Assembly: GCA_963848295.1 (NCBI GenBank)
Contig: CAWKDB010000010.1
Span: forward strand, 4,256,001-4,320,000
Direction: 5' to 3'
Length of the DNA stretch: 64,000 nt
DNA from: an uncultured delta proteobacterium
GTDB taxonomy: Bacteria; Myxococcota_A; Polyangia; Haliangiales; Haliangiaceae
Under the pieces are notes generated by a model. It saw only the letters and a list, made by a program, of their open reading frames with translations, ran no database searches and was not told the DNA's origin. The translations under genes were made by a program, and so were the position numbers. Positions 1 through 8,410 of this stretch are shown piece by piece; position 1 is the first letter of the stretch; the number at the start of each line of letters is the position of its first letter.

Positions 1-313
1 TGCGATGGTCGGCATCGTGCCGGGAGCGAGTATCGCGGGCGACCTCGACGCCGACCGGATCGCTTCGACGGTGCGGCTCGACAACATCGCGCAGGCGCTT
101 GCTGCGCGCGGCGTCACCGATACCAGGACCATCCAGCTGGTCGCGCCCGGGTCCGCGGCGGCCTTGATCGAGTTGGTCGAGCGGGAGCGGTTCGATCTCG
201 TCGTGATGGCGACCCACGCGCGCACGGGCATCGCGCGCGCACTCCTCGGGAGCGTGACGGAGCATCTCGTTCGCCACGCGCCGTGTCCCGTCATGACAGT
301 CCACTCGTCATGA
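1..313 (+). CDS. Universal stress protein (USP domain), probably 5'-truncated by the window edge
   Basis: C-terminal USP signature DLVVMATHARTGIARALLGSVTEHLVRHAPCPVMTV. Confidence 0.85.
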   Translation, partial: AMVGIVPGASIAGDLDADRIASTVRLDNIAQALAARGVTDTRTIQLVAPGSAAALIELVERERFDLVVMATHARTGIARALLGSVTEHLVRHAPCPVMTVHSS

Positions 314-469
314 CCAGAACTGTAGAGCTCGCATCTGGTAGCAGGCCTGCCATGACCGGCCGCGCGTAGCGCGTCAGAGTTACGCGAGGCCGCCGTCGAC
401 TCGGTCGGCCGACTCCAGCGTTTATCGGAGAGCCATGGCTAACATGGTCTATCGATCCCGCGATCCTGC

Positions 470-1479
470 TCAATATTGCGCGCGCGCCTCGTCAAGCTCG
501 CGCTCGACCGAATGAACGAGGGCTTCCGGCGTGATCGCGCGTGCGTGCGGACCCCATTCCAGAACCCAGGAGACGACGGGCAAGAGGTTCGTGCACGTGA
601 AGCGGAGTCGGACGCGGCCGTCCGCGAGTGATTCGATGCTCTGCGACTCGTGCCAGATCCGCGACGTCACGTAGGTCGCGCGCGCCTTGCTGAACTCGAC
701 TACCACGTCGTGTTGCTCGGTCCCGACGTGCACGCCGAACGCGCCCTGAAGGTATTTTGCGAGGCGGAAGCTCGGAGGCGGCGCGAAGGACGTCCGGCGC
801 ACGTGCTCCGCTTCGGAGAAGCGCTCGGCGGCAAACTGATCCACAGGCAAGTCGGCGAGAGCTCCGACGTCCGTGGGCTCCTTGAGCGTCGCACCGATGA
901 CGTAGAGGCCGTGCTTGTGCACGACCATCGCGTACGGAGCGAGGTAGCCGCGCTTGGAGCGTCCCTGTGCGCCGCGGTACGCGAACTTGACGAGGTTACG
1001 TAGCAGCACGCCGGTCAGTAGCGCGTCGAGACGTCCTCCTTGCCGTCGTAGCCTTGGTCCCACCATCGGGGACGTAGGCGAACGATCGCCGAACGTTGCG
1101 TGCTCGGTGCGCTCCTGTTCCGTCATGCGTTGTTCGAGCTTGCGCAGCACGGACGTGATGTCTTCGGCGAGCGGTGTTCCGCGCAAGAACATCGAAGATG
1201 CCGCGCACAGCGAGCATCGTGTAGCGCTCGCGCCGCGTGATCGCGACCAAGCTGTAGCTCGCCTCGACCAAACAGGCGGCGGCACGGCCATCGACACGCG
1301 TCAGCTCGATATCGAGTCCCGGCATCGTTCAGATCGACGAGGTCTCGACGCACCGTGCGCTCGCTGACGCCGACAGTCACGGCGAGATCGGCGAGCGATC
1401 GACCTTGCTTGAAGCCGCGCAATGCGTTCAAGACGCGGAACGCGCGAGCTACCGCCCCGATTTCACCGCGTCGATACAC
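470..1479 (-). CDS. WYL-domain transcriptional regulator (N-terminal winged HTH + WYL), split by frameshifts
   Basis: HTH SLADLAVTVGVSERTVRRDLVDL is in the 1123..1629 frame (GTG at 1479). It continues in the 996..1325 frame. The WYL/WCX part (LAPYAMVVHKHGLYVIG...WHESQ...WVLEWGPHARAITPEAL) is in the 470..1297 frame. Confidence 0.85.
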
Positions 1480-1510
1480 GGTAACTCTCGATTCCGCGGG
1501 CGTTCGCCGT

Positions 1511-1745
1511 GCGTGAAAGGCTTTGGCGAAGCCTTTCACGCGATCTTTGCGCGCAGGCTTTTCGAATCGACGGAAGCCGCAACTCCGCGTAGGTCCACTC
1601 GGTTGCCGGTCGGGCGGACAGGCTTTCAAAAGGTCCGACGCGTCGGACCAAAGTGGAGACCAAAGCTTCTGGCTGGGAGCCGGGATCGGATCACGATATC
1701 AGCTGATATCGTCCGGTTGCGCGTTCGCGACAAGGGTTGTCGCGA
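1511..1745. promoter_or_regulatory. Divergent intergenic region with four inverted repeats
   Basis: gcgtgaaaggctt-N5-aagcctttcacgc (1511-1541); ggtccgacgcgtcggacc (1632-1649); acgatatcagctgatatcgt (1693-1712); tcgcgacaa-ggg-ttgtcgcga (1725-1745). Confidence 0.6.
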
Positions 1746-1765
1746 CGGTTCGTTAGCTTGAGGTC

Positions 1766-2905
1766 ATGCGAAACACTGCCGACCCCGTCGCTACTACTCC
1801 AACCTATCCCACTTCGCCGCTCGCCAACGACGAAGATGGCAAGTCGCTCCGCTTGCCCGAGGACGCCGCCGCGTGGCGCGTGCGACGGAAGACCCGTGGA
1901 CGGCCCAGGCATCAGCTCGACGGCAACAAGCAGCCGATGCGCTTTCCCTTGAGCTACACGATGAACGACATCGAGGACATCTTGCCGTCCGGTGGGTATC
2001 GCCTCGACCTCGTCGATGCGAAGCGACAAGTCCTCGACCTCACGATGTCGATCGAGGTTGGCGAGCTTCGCAACGCCGATGGCGTCGACGAGGTCGAGCG
2101 GGAGGACGTCGATGCCGAGCCCGTTTCGCTTCTTCTCTCTGCGACTGCCAGCGACATGAGGCTCGTGCTCGAGGCGAACGTGCGCTCGATGCAGGCAGCG
2201 TTTCTGCACAACGAGCGCACGCTCGCCGCGAGTCTGCGGATGGCCGAGACGCTGCGGGAGGGCGTTCACGTCCTCGCCGATGCCCAGGCGGACATCCTGA
2301 AGTCGGTGGCGTCGTCGCGCGGGTTCCTGCGGAACGCGCAGCCGGCAGGCGTTCGTGTTGCCGCCGCCGAAGCCTGCGGAGTCTGACGACGATGATGATG
2401 ACGAGGACGAGACGAGGAGGACGAGGGCGCCCCCGGCGACAAGAACGAGAAGCCTGATGGCGTTCGGCATGGTAGCGATGACGCTCCTCAATAACGTCAT
2501 GGAGACGTTTCGCGGCGGCAAGGCCGCGGCGACGGCGGGCCAGCCCACGGCGACCGCGAAGTCTTCGGCGTTCGATTTCGCGTCGCATCTTCGACTGGCG
2601 TCGCGCGGTGCCGCAGGCCTGCGCCGGCTTCGAGCCGATCGCGGTCGAGCCTGACCGAGCCGATTCCGATGAGCGGCGGCGGACATGCTCCGGTTCATGA
2701 ACGACGCTGGCGCCCGAGGTGCGCAGAAGCTGATGACGGTGCGGTCGCAGCTCACGCCCGACGAGCAGCGCGCGACTGTTTCCGCTCATGATGGCGCTCC
2801 GGCGCGAGGACCTGCCCGTCGATCATCGCCGAGCTCGCCGCAAAGCCGGTCGACGAGCTGGTCGCGTTCTTCCGTGCGAAGCTCGCGCCGCGGGCGGCGG
2901 CGTAG
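1766..2905 (+). CDS. Hypothetical protein of the integrative element, frameshifted
   Basis: Protein-like segments in ORFs 1766..2386, 2355..2654 (acidic run) and 2685.. join to a TAG at 2903-2905, just before the xis ATG. Confidence 0.6.
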
Positions 2906-2907
2906 CC

Positions 2908-3301
2908 ATGGTGGCCACGAAGAAGCCCACGGTTGCGATCGAGCGTGCGGATCCGCACGTGATCGTCATGGATGGCCGCATGAACCGGCAGCTGTTCGCG
3001 CAGATCGCGGTCGGCGCTGTCCGCGCAGGCGTCGCGTTCCTGCAAGCGCAGCTCACCAACGACGCGGCCGCGGCGGCGCCACTGCCGTTCCAAGTCCCCG
3101 CGGCGGAATCGAACCGCGACGTGATGACCGCCGACGAGGTCGCGGCGTTTCTCGGCGTCGATCGCAACACCGTCTACGACTACGCCGGCCGCGGCGTGAT
3201 CCCTCATCAACGCTTAGGGAAACGCGATCTTGTTCCGTCGCGGGGCGCTCGTGTCATGGTTGGACACGTCATGCAAGGCCACGTCGACTCGGAAAGGCTG
3301 A
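2908..3301 (+). CDS. Excisionase-like HTH_17 DNA-binding protein, frameshift near the 3' end
   Basis: VMTADEVAAFLGVDRNTVYDYAGRGVIPHQRLGKR motif, directly upstream of the integrase. Confidence 0.8.
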
Positions 3302-3303
3302 CG

Positions 3304-4532
3304 ATGCCGATTCGACGTAGGGAGTGACGGGCGCTGGCGCTATCGCGAGTTGGTTCAGAAGCCGGACGGAACGCGCGAGCGAATCAGCGGCTCGCGCGCC
3401 GAAGCACATCAACACGAAGGCGGCAGCGCAACAGGCGATGCTCGATCACATCGAGCGGCGTCCTGCATCCCGAGCGCGTACCGACGACGAAGAAGGAGGT
3501 GCCGACGTTCAAGGAGTGGTTCAACGGGCAGGTTCTGGCGCGAGTGGGTCGTCGGACGCCGCAACAAGCCGACCGAGGTCACGAGCAAGGAGATCATCTA
3601 TCGACTGCCATCTCGAAGCCGGCGTTCGGTCGATCTGCGGCTCGACGAGATCGGTCACGGCGAAGTCGCGGCGTTTCGCGCGACGCTCGTCGAGAAGAAG
3701 CTCAGCGAGAAGCGCATCAACAACATCCTCGCGGTGCTGTCGAAGCCGATGAAGTACGCGGTCGACTGCGAGCTGATCGCGAAGTCGCCGAAGATCGGGC
3801 TGTACAAGGTCGAGCGTCCGGAGATCGAGCCGTGGGACTTCGAGCAGTACGCTCGTCTCCTCGCGGCGGCGAAGCTCGAAGGCGCCGAGTGGTACGCGGC
3901 GGCGTGTCTCGCGGGTGAGGCCGGGCTTGCGCATCGGCGAGGTCAAGGCGCTGCGCTGGCGCGAGGACGTCGACCTGATCGCGAAGACGATCACGGTGAA
4001 CCAGCAGACCTGCTACGGCGAGACCACGACACCGAAGGGCCGCACGCGGCGCGACGATCCCGATGACCGCGACGCTCGAACAAGGCGCTGCAGGGCTCTG
4101 GAGGTCGTGCGCGAGGGCTTCGTCGTGCGGAACCTCGACGGCAGCGCGAAGACCGACGGCCAGGCGAACTGCGTGATCCTCCGGATCTGCCGCCGGGCCG
4201 GGCTGCCGGACGAAGCGCTGGCACACGCTGCGGCACACCTTCGGAACCCACGCCGCGCTGTTCGGCGTGAACCCGTGGCGGCTGCAGTCGTGGATGGGGC
4301 ACAAGCGGATCGACGAGACGATGATCTACGTCCACGTGGCGGAGAACCATCGGCGCGAGATTCCGGAGGCGGTCGTGGAGGCGGGCGCGGCGAGCGCGAC
4401 CCGGATCGCCGCATCCTCAAGATGCTCGGCGCGCGTGGCAGCAAACGTGGCAGCAAACCCGAGGCGTCGGAACGAAAAAGGCTGCCTAGGCAGCCGGTTA
4501 GGTGGTGGAGATTAGGGGGATCGAACCCCTGA
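3304..4532 (+). CDS. int: Tyrosine recombinase/phage integrase, multiple frameshifts
   Basis: Joined frames give LSEKRINNILAVLSK, GLRIGEVKALRW (catalytic R), TPKG, HTLRHTFGTH (HxxR) and MGHKRIDETMIYVH (H, Y). Confidence 0.9.
4434..4457 (+). repeat. 12-bp tandem direct repeat, candidate integrase arm-type site
   Basis: cgtggcagcaaa x2, about 45 bp from the tRNA 3' end. Confidence 0.5.
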
Positions 4533-4578
4533 CCTCGTGAATGCCATTCACGCGCTCTCCCAGCTGAGCTAAATCCCC
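4503..4578 (-). tRNA. tRNA-Ala (GGC)
   Basis: Reverse complement GGGGATTTAGCTCAGCTGGGAGAGCGCGTGAATGGCATTCACGAGGTCAGGGGTTCGATCCCCCTAATCTCCACCA; anticodon arm CGTGA-ATGGCAT-TCACG, TTCGA loop, CCA end. Confidence 0.97.
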
Positions 4579-4589
4579 AGGGCGCGCCG

Positions 4590-4619
4590 GTTCTAACGGG
4601 CGCGGGCGGTCGCTGTCAA
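4590..4619 (-). promoter_or_regulatory. Sigma70-type promoter of tRNA-Ala
   Basis: TTGACA-N18-TAGAAC on the minus strand just upstream of the tRNA. Confidence 0.6.
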
Positions 4620-5245
4620 GACTCGTCGTCGGACCGTGGCTTCACATCGTCGGGATGCATGTAGCTGGCGAGGTCATCGTCCTCGAAGCTGATGCCGCCG
4701 CGCCGGGCGCGCGCTCGCTCCGGAAGATCGGGGATGGTCGGCTTCGCCGCTCGCTCACCGCGCACGCGCGGCGCCGCCGGCTCGGTGGGTGGATCGACCT
4801 GCGGACGCCAGACTCGAGCGGGTTCGCGCTTCGCGGCCGGCGGGGTCCAGCGCGACGAAGCGACGGTGCCGTCGCCGCGATCGGCTCGCCCGTCGAAACG
4901 CTTGCGAGAGCGCTCCGGCGGTGCGACTTCGTGCGACTCGGGCTCGCGCTCGGAGCCGTCGAGCTCGTCGAGGTGCGCGACGACGTCGGCGACCTCGGGC
5001 AGCTCGGCCAGATCGATCTCGCCTCGGCGAATGAGATCGAGCACGAGATCGCCGAGCTCGGCGAGCGCGTCTTGACGCCGGCGGTTCGAGCGCAGGTCGT
5101 CGAGCCGTGACCTCCCTTCGCGCGCGCCTCGCTCGATCGCATCGCGGACGACGCCGGCTTGCGCGAGCGTCGAGCGAAGCAGCGTCCCGAGCGTGCCGCG
5201 AAGCTCGGGAGGGCGAAGTCCACCACCACGTCGTTGCCGTGCCAT
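4616..5245 (-). CDS. Hypothetical protein
   Basis: 209-aa ORF with a helical N-terminal half and a low-complexity tail; fills the gap between the tRNA and a divergent gene. Confidence 0.65.
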   Translation of the reverse strand: MARQRRGGGLRPPELRGTLGTLLRSTLAQAGVVRDAIERGAREGRSRLDDLRSNRRRQDALAELGDLVLDLIRRGEIDLAELPEVADVVAHLDELDGSEREPESHEVAPPERSRKRFDGRADRGDGTVASSRWTPPAAKREPARVWRPQVDPPTEPAAPRVRGERAAKPTIPDLPERARARRGGISFEDDDLASYMHPDDVKPRSDDES

Positions 5246-5284
5246 GTGGTGAGCCTAGCGCATTTGGTTTACCGTCGACGAGTC

Positions 5285-7264
5285 GTGCGACGCAGCCTCG
5301 GTATCGGTCTGCTCGCGGTGTTCGCGGGCTGCCCGTCGCCGGATGTGCCGATCGCGCCGCTGCCGCCGGTCTCCGCGGGGAAGGTCCGGATCCGCGTGTT
5401 CACCGAGCCGTCGGCGGTGCGAGCGATCACCGCGGTCGGCAAGTACGTGTTCGTCGCGACCGATGAGGACTTGCAGCGCTGGGATGGCACGAACGTCCTC
5501 GCGCTGTCGGCTGACCACGGCTTGCCGGGGAGTCACGTCGCGGCGTTCGCGGCCGATCCAGAGCGCAAGCGCCTGTGGTTGCTGACCGAGGGCGGGCTCG
5601 GCAACTACTCGGTCACGAGCGAGGTCTACACGGAAGCTGCGGCGCCGCCGGCGTCGCTCGCGATCGATTACGCCGTGATCGCGAAGGAGGGTGCGAGCCT
5701 CGCGCCCGCGGCCGTGGGCGGGGTGTGGATCGGCACGCAACACGGTCTGTTCTTCGCGAGCGAGAAAGGCGGCTGGGTCGCCGCGCCGTTCAAGGAGCCG
5801 ATCCGTGCGTTGGCGCGCGATCGCGCTGGTTGGCTGTGGATCGCGGCGAAGACCGGGCTGGTCGCACGCAAGCCGAACGGCGACTTGATCAAGATCGGTG
5901 CCGCACAAGGCTGCGTCGTGGTCGCTCCGCGGATCGTGCTCGCGCTCGGCGGCGATCGGGTCGCCGTGATCGGCGGCGATGACGACGGCCACGAGCGGAT
6001 CGCGATCGGCCAGCAAGCGACGTGGACGTCGTATCGCGCGCTGCCAGACGTGGCCTGGGATGCTGCGACCGCGCACGGCGATGGCATCGTGCTGATCGGC
6101 GGCGACCGTTCGTATCGCATCGGCCCGGCGACCGCGGCGGTGAGGCCGCTCGAGCGTGATGGCGTTCGGCTCGTGGCGATCGCGAACAGTACGCCGGAGG
6201 ATTGGGTGATCGATCCGCTCGACCTCGCGCCGCCGGTGGGTGCGACCGCGCTCGCGTCGGTCGGCGACCAGTTACTGATCGGCACGCGCGACGTCGGCAC
6301 GGCGCGCTACCTCGACGGCGAGTCGCATCCGCACGACTGGCTGCGCCGCCTGCAGCTGTTCCAAGACGCGACGACGCTGACCGTCGCGTGCGCGCGCCGG
6401 CAAGACTGCTGGGTCGCGACGGGTGCGCGCCAGGCATGGCATTGGATCGGCGATCACTTCGTCGCCGGTGGCCCCGATCAAGTCGTGCTCGCGGTCGTGC
6501 GCGATCCGACCGGACCGATCTACGCGCTGCATCGCGGCGCCGAGGACAAGGAGATTCGCCTGTCGCGGATCGGCGGCTGGACGTGGACCGCAGTGCCGAA
6601 GATCGCGCTGACCACGCCGGGCGATGCGCCCGAGGTCAGCTTCGCCCGATTCGCCGGGCCCGATCAGCTGTGGGTCGGTCTGCGCTATCGCGATGGCCAA
6701 GAGAAGCGCGCGTATGGCATCGCGATCGTCGAGCCGTCGACCGGCAAGGTCACGTACCACCACACCGAAGCGATCACGGCCAGAGACGATCCGGCGAACA
6801 AGCCGGCGAAGATGCTGCCGATCCCAGTCGGCGTCGTCGATGCCGATGTGCGCGGCGACATCGCGTGGTTCGCGACGAACGAAGGCATCGCGCGCCTCGC
6901 AAACGGACAGGTCAAGCTGTGGAGCGAAGCGAACGGGTTGCGCAGCGAGCTCGCGCGGGCGGTCACGATCGCGCCGGATGGCACCGTGTATGTCGCGACG
7001 GGCGCCGGCGCCGAGAAGTGGGACGGCAAGCAGTGGGACGCGCCCGCCGCGTTGCGCTTCGAGATCAACGACGTCACCGCGACGCGCAACGGCCAGGTGT
7101 GGATGGCGACCGAGCGCGGGATCGCGGCGTGGGACGGCAAGAAGGTGCGACGCGTCGATACGCGGCGCGGGCTCGTCGAGAACGAGGAGCTCGATGTCGT
7201 CAGCGATCAGTACGATCGCGTGTGGGCACGCGGACCGGGCAGCCTCACCGTGATCTCGCAGTAA
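5285..7264 (+). CDS. Lipoprotein with beta-propeller (two-component regulator propeller-like) repeats
   Basis: Lipobox VFAGC; repeated W-x-[GA]-T-x-x-G-[LI] units (VWIGTQHGL, AWFATNEGI, VWMATERGI). Confidence 0.75.
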   Translation: MRRSLGIGLLAVFAGCPSPDVPIAPLPPVSAGKVRIRVFTEPSAVRAITAVGKYVFVATDEDLQRWDGTNVLALSADHGLPGSHVAAFAADPERKRLWLLTEGGLGNYSVTSEVYTEAAAPPASLAIDYAVIAKEGASLAPAAVGGVWIGTQHGLFFASEKGGWVAAPFKEPIRALARDRAGWLWIAAKTGLVARKPNGDLIKIGAAQGCVVVAPRIVLALGGDRVAVIGGDDDGHERIAIGQQATWTSYRALPDVAWDAATAHGDGIVLIGGDRSYRIGPATAAVRPLERDGVRLVAIANSTPEDWVIDPLDLAPPVGATALASVGDQLLIGTRDVGTARYLDGESHPHDWLRRLQLFQDATTLTVACARRQDCWVATGARQAWHWIGDHFVAGGPDQVVLAVVRDPTGPIYALHRGAEDKEIRLSRIGGWTWTAVPKIALTTPGDAPEVSFARFAGPDQLWVGLRYRDGQEKRAYGIAIVEPSTGKVTYHHTEAITARDDPANKPAKMLPIPVGVVDADVRGDIAWFATNEGIARLANGQVKLWSEANGLRSELARAVTIAPDGTVYVATGAGAEKWDGKQWDAPAALRFEINDVTATRNGQVWMATERGIAAWDGKKVRRVDTRRGLVENEELDVVSDQYDRVWARGPGSLTVISQ

Positions 7265-7273
7265 GCGCTTCGA

Positions 7274-8410
7274 TCAGGGCAGGCCGACAACGCGGGTTGG
7301 TGCGACGACGACGCCGCCGATCGCGCCGTCACCGATCTCACCGGCCTCGTCGTCTCCCCAGCACCACACGCCACCGCTGGACGTGCGCGCGCAGATGCTG
7401 AGGTCGGTCCGAGACGAGATCTCGACGACATCCGCAAGCGCGACCGGAACTGGCGTCGCCTCCATCGCACCTGGATCGCCGGCGAGCTCGCCGGACGCGT
7501 TGTCGCCCCAGCACACGATGGTGTGGTCCGAGCGCAGCGCACAGGCGCCTGCGGCGAGCGCGGCGATCGCGATCGCATCGTCGAGATCTTGCACCGGCGC
7601 CGCGGTTGGCCGCGACACGAAACTGCCGTCGGCGAGGTCGCCCGAGACGTTCTTGCCCCAGCAGTCGACCGCACCGCTCGCACGACGCCCACAGGTGAAC
7701 GCGTCTCCCGCCGCGAGCTCCACGTACGGGCCGACCGGTCCGGGTCGCGGAGTCGGTCCCAGCAGTTGGTCGCCCGTGCCGAGCTCCCCGGCCTCGTTTT
7801 CGCCCCAGCACGTCACGCTGCCGTCGCCGAGCAACGCACAGGTGTGGACGTCACCGGCGACGAGCGCGGTCACGCCGGTGAGACCGGGAACGTCGCCGAG
7901 CGCCGAGCGATCGGTCGCGCTGCCATCGCCGAGATGTGCCGCGGCTCCCGCGCACGCGACCGTGCCGGCGCTGCGCCGCACGCACAGGAAGTCATCGCCC
8001 ATCGTGATGCTCGCGATGTCCGCGGTATCGGGAATCGCGACCGGCGTCCGCACGACCGTACCCGTGCCGAGTTGGCTCGACGCATTCGGGCCCCAACCAA
8101 TCGCTCCGCCCGCGGCGAGCCGCCCGCATTCGCCGCCGTCGTTGACATCGAGGTCCGCGACCGGCCCTGGGGTGTTCGCGCGTTCGGGCGTCGGCGAGTT
8201 GGTCGACCCGCCATCGCCGAGCTGGCCGTCGAGCCCGTTGCCCCAGCACCACACGTCACCATTGGCGAGCCTGGCGCAGCTCGTGCGGCCGCCGACCGCG
8301 AGTTGCACGACCGCGTCAGGCGCGAGCGCGGCATCGGTGATCGGATCGAAGTCGACGCGCCCGCACGCGGCGAGCGCGACGATCGACCAGGCGGCACTAC
8401 TGGACGACAT
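7274..8410 (-). CDS. RCC1-repeat lipoprotein
   Basis: Lipobox LAAC followed by GRVDFD; repeated CWG.N..G[QE]LG.G. Confidence 0.85.
   Translation of the reverse strand: MSSSSAAWSIVALAACGRVDFDPITDAALAPDAVVQLAVGGRTSCARLANGDVWCWGNGLDGQLGDGGSTNSPTPERANTPGPVADLDVNDGGECGRLAAGGAIGWGPNASSQLGTGTVVRTPVAIPDTADIASITMGDDFLCVRRSAGTVACAGAAAHLGDGSATDRSALGDVPGLTGVTALVAGDVHTCALLGDGSVTCWGENEAGELGTGDQLLGPTPRPGPVGPYVELAAGDAFTCGRRASGAVDCWGKNVSGDLADGSFVSRPTAAPVQDLDDAIAIAALAAGACALRSDHTIVCWGDNASGELAGDPGAMEATPVPVALADVVEISSRTDLSICARTSSGGVWCWGDDEAGEIGDGAIGGVVVAPTRVVGLP

Larger units (their letters stand above)
470..4532. mobile_element. Integrative element/genomic island at the tRNA-Ala 3' end; left boundary not determined
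   Basis: xis-int abut the tRNA 3' end; WYL regulator and orphan gene nearby; no duplicated tRNA fragment recognised in the window. Confidence 0.65.

Noticed and set aside
1640..1700. Possible distal att site (degenerate tRNA 3' copy)
   Set aside because: Only short matches (gtggaga, gggatcg) to the tRNA end; too weak to call a boundary.
3304..4532. Programmed ribosomal frameshifting in the integrase
   Set aside because: Many shifts, no slippery-site pattern, and similar indels in housekeeping genes; sequencing error is simpler.
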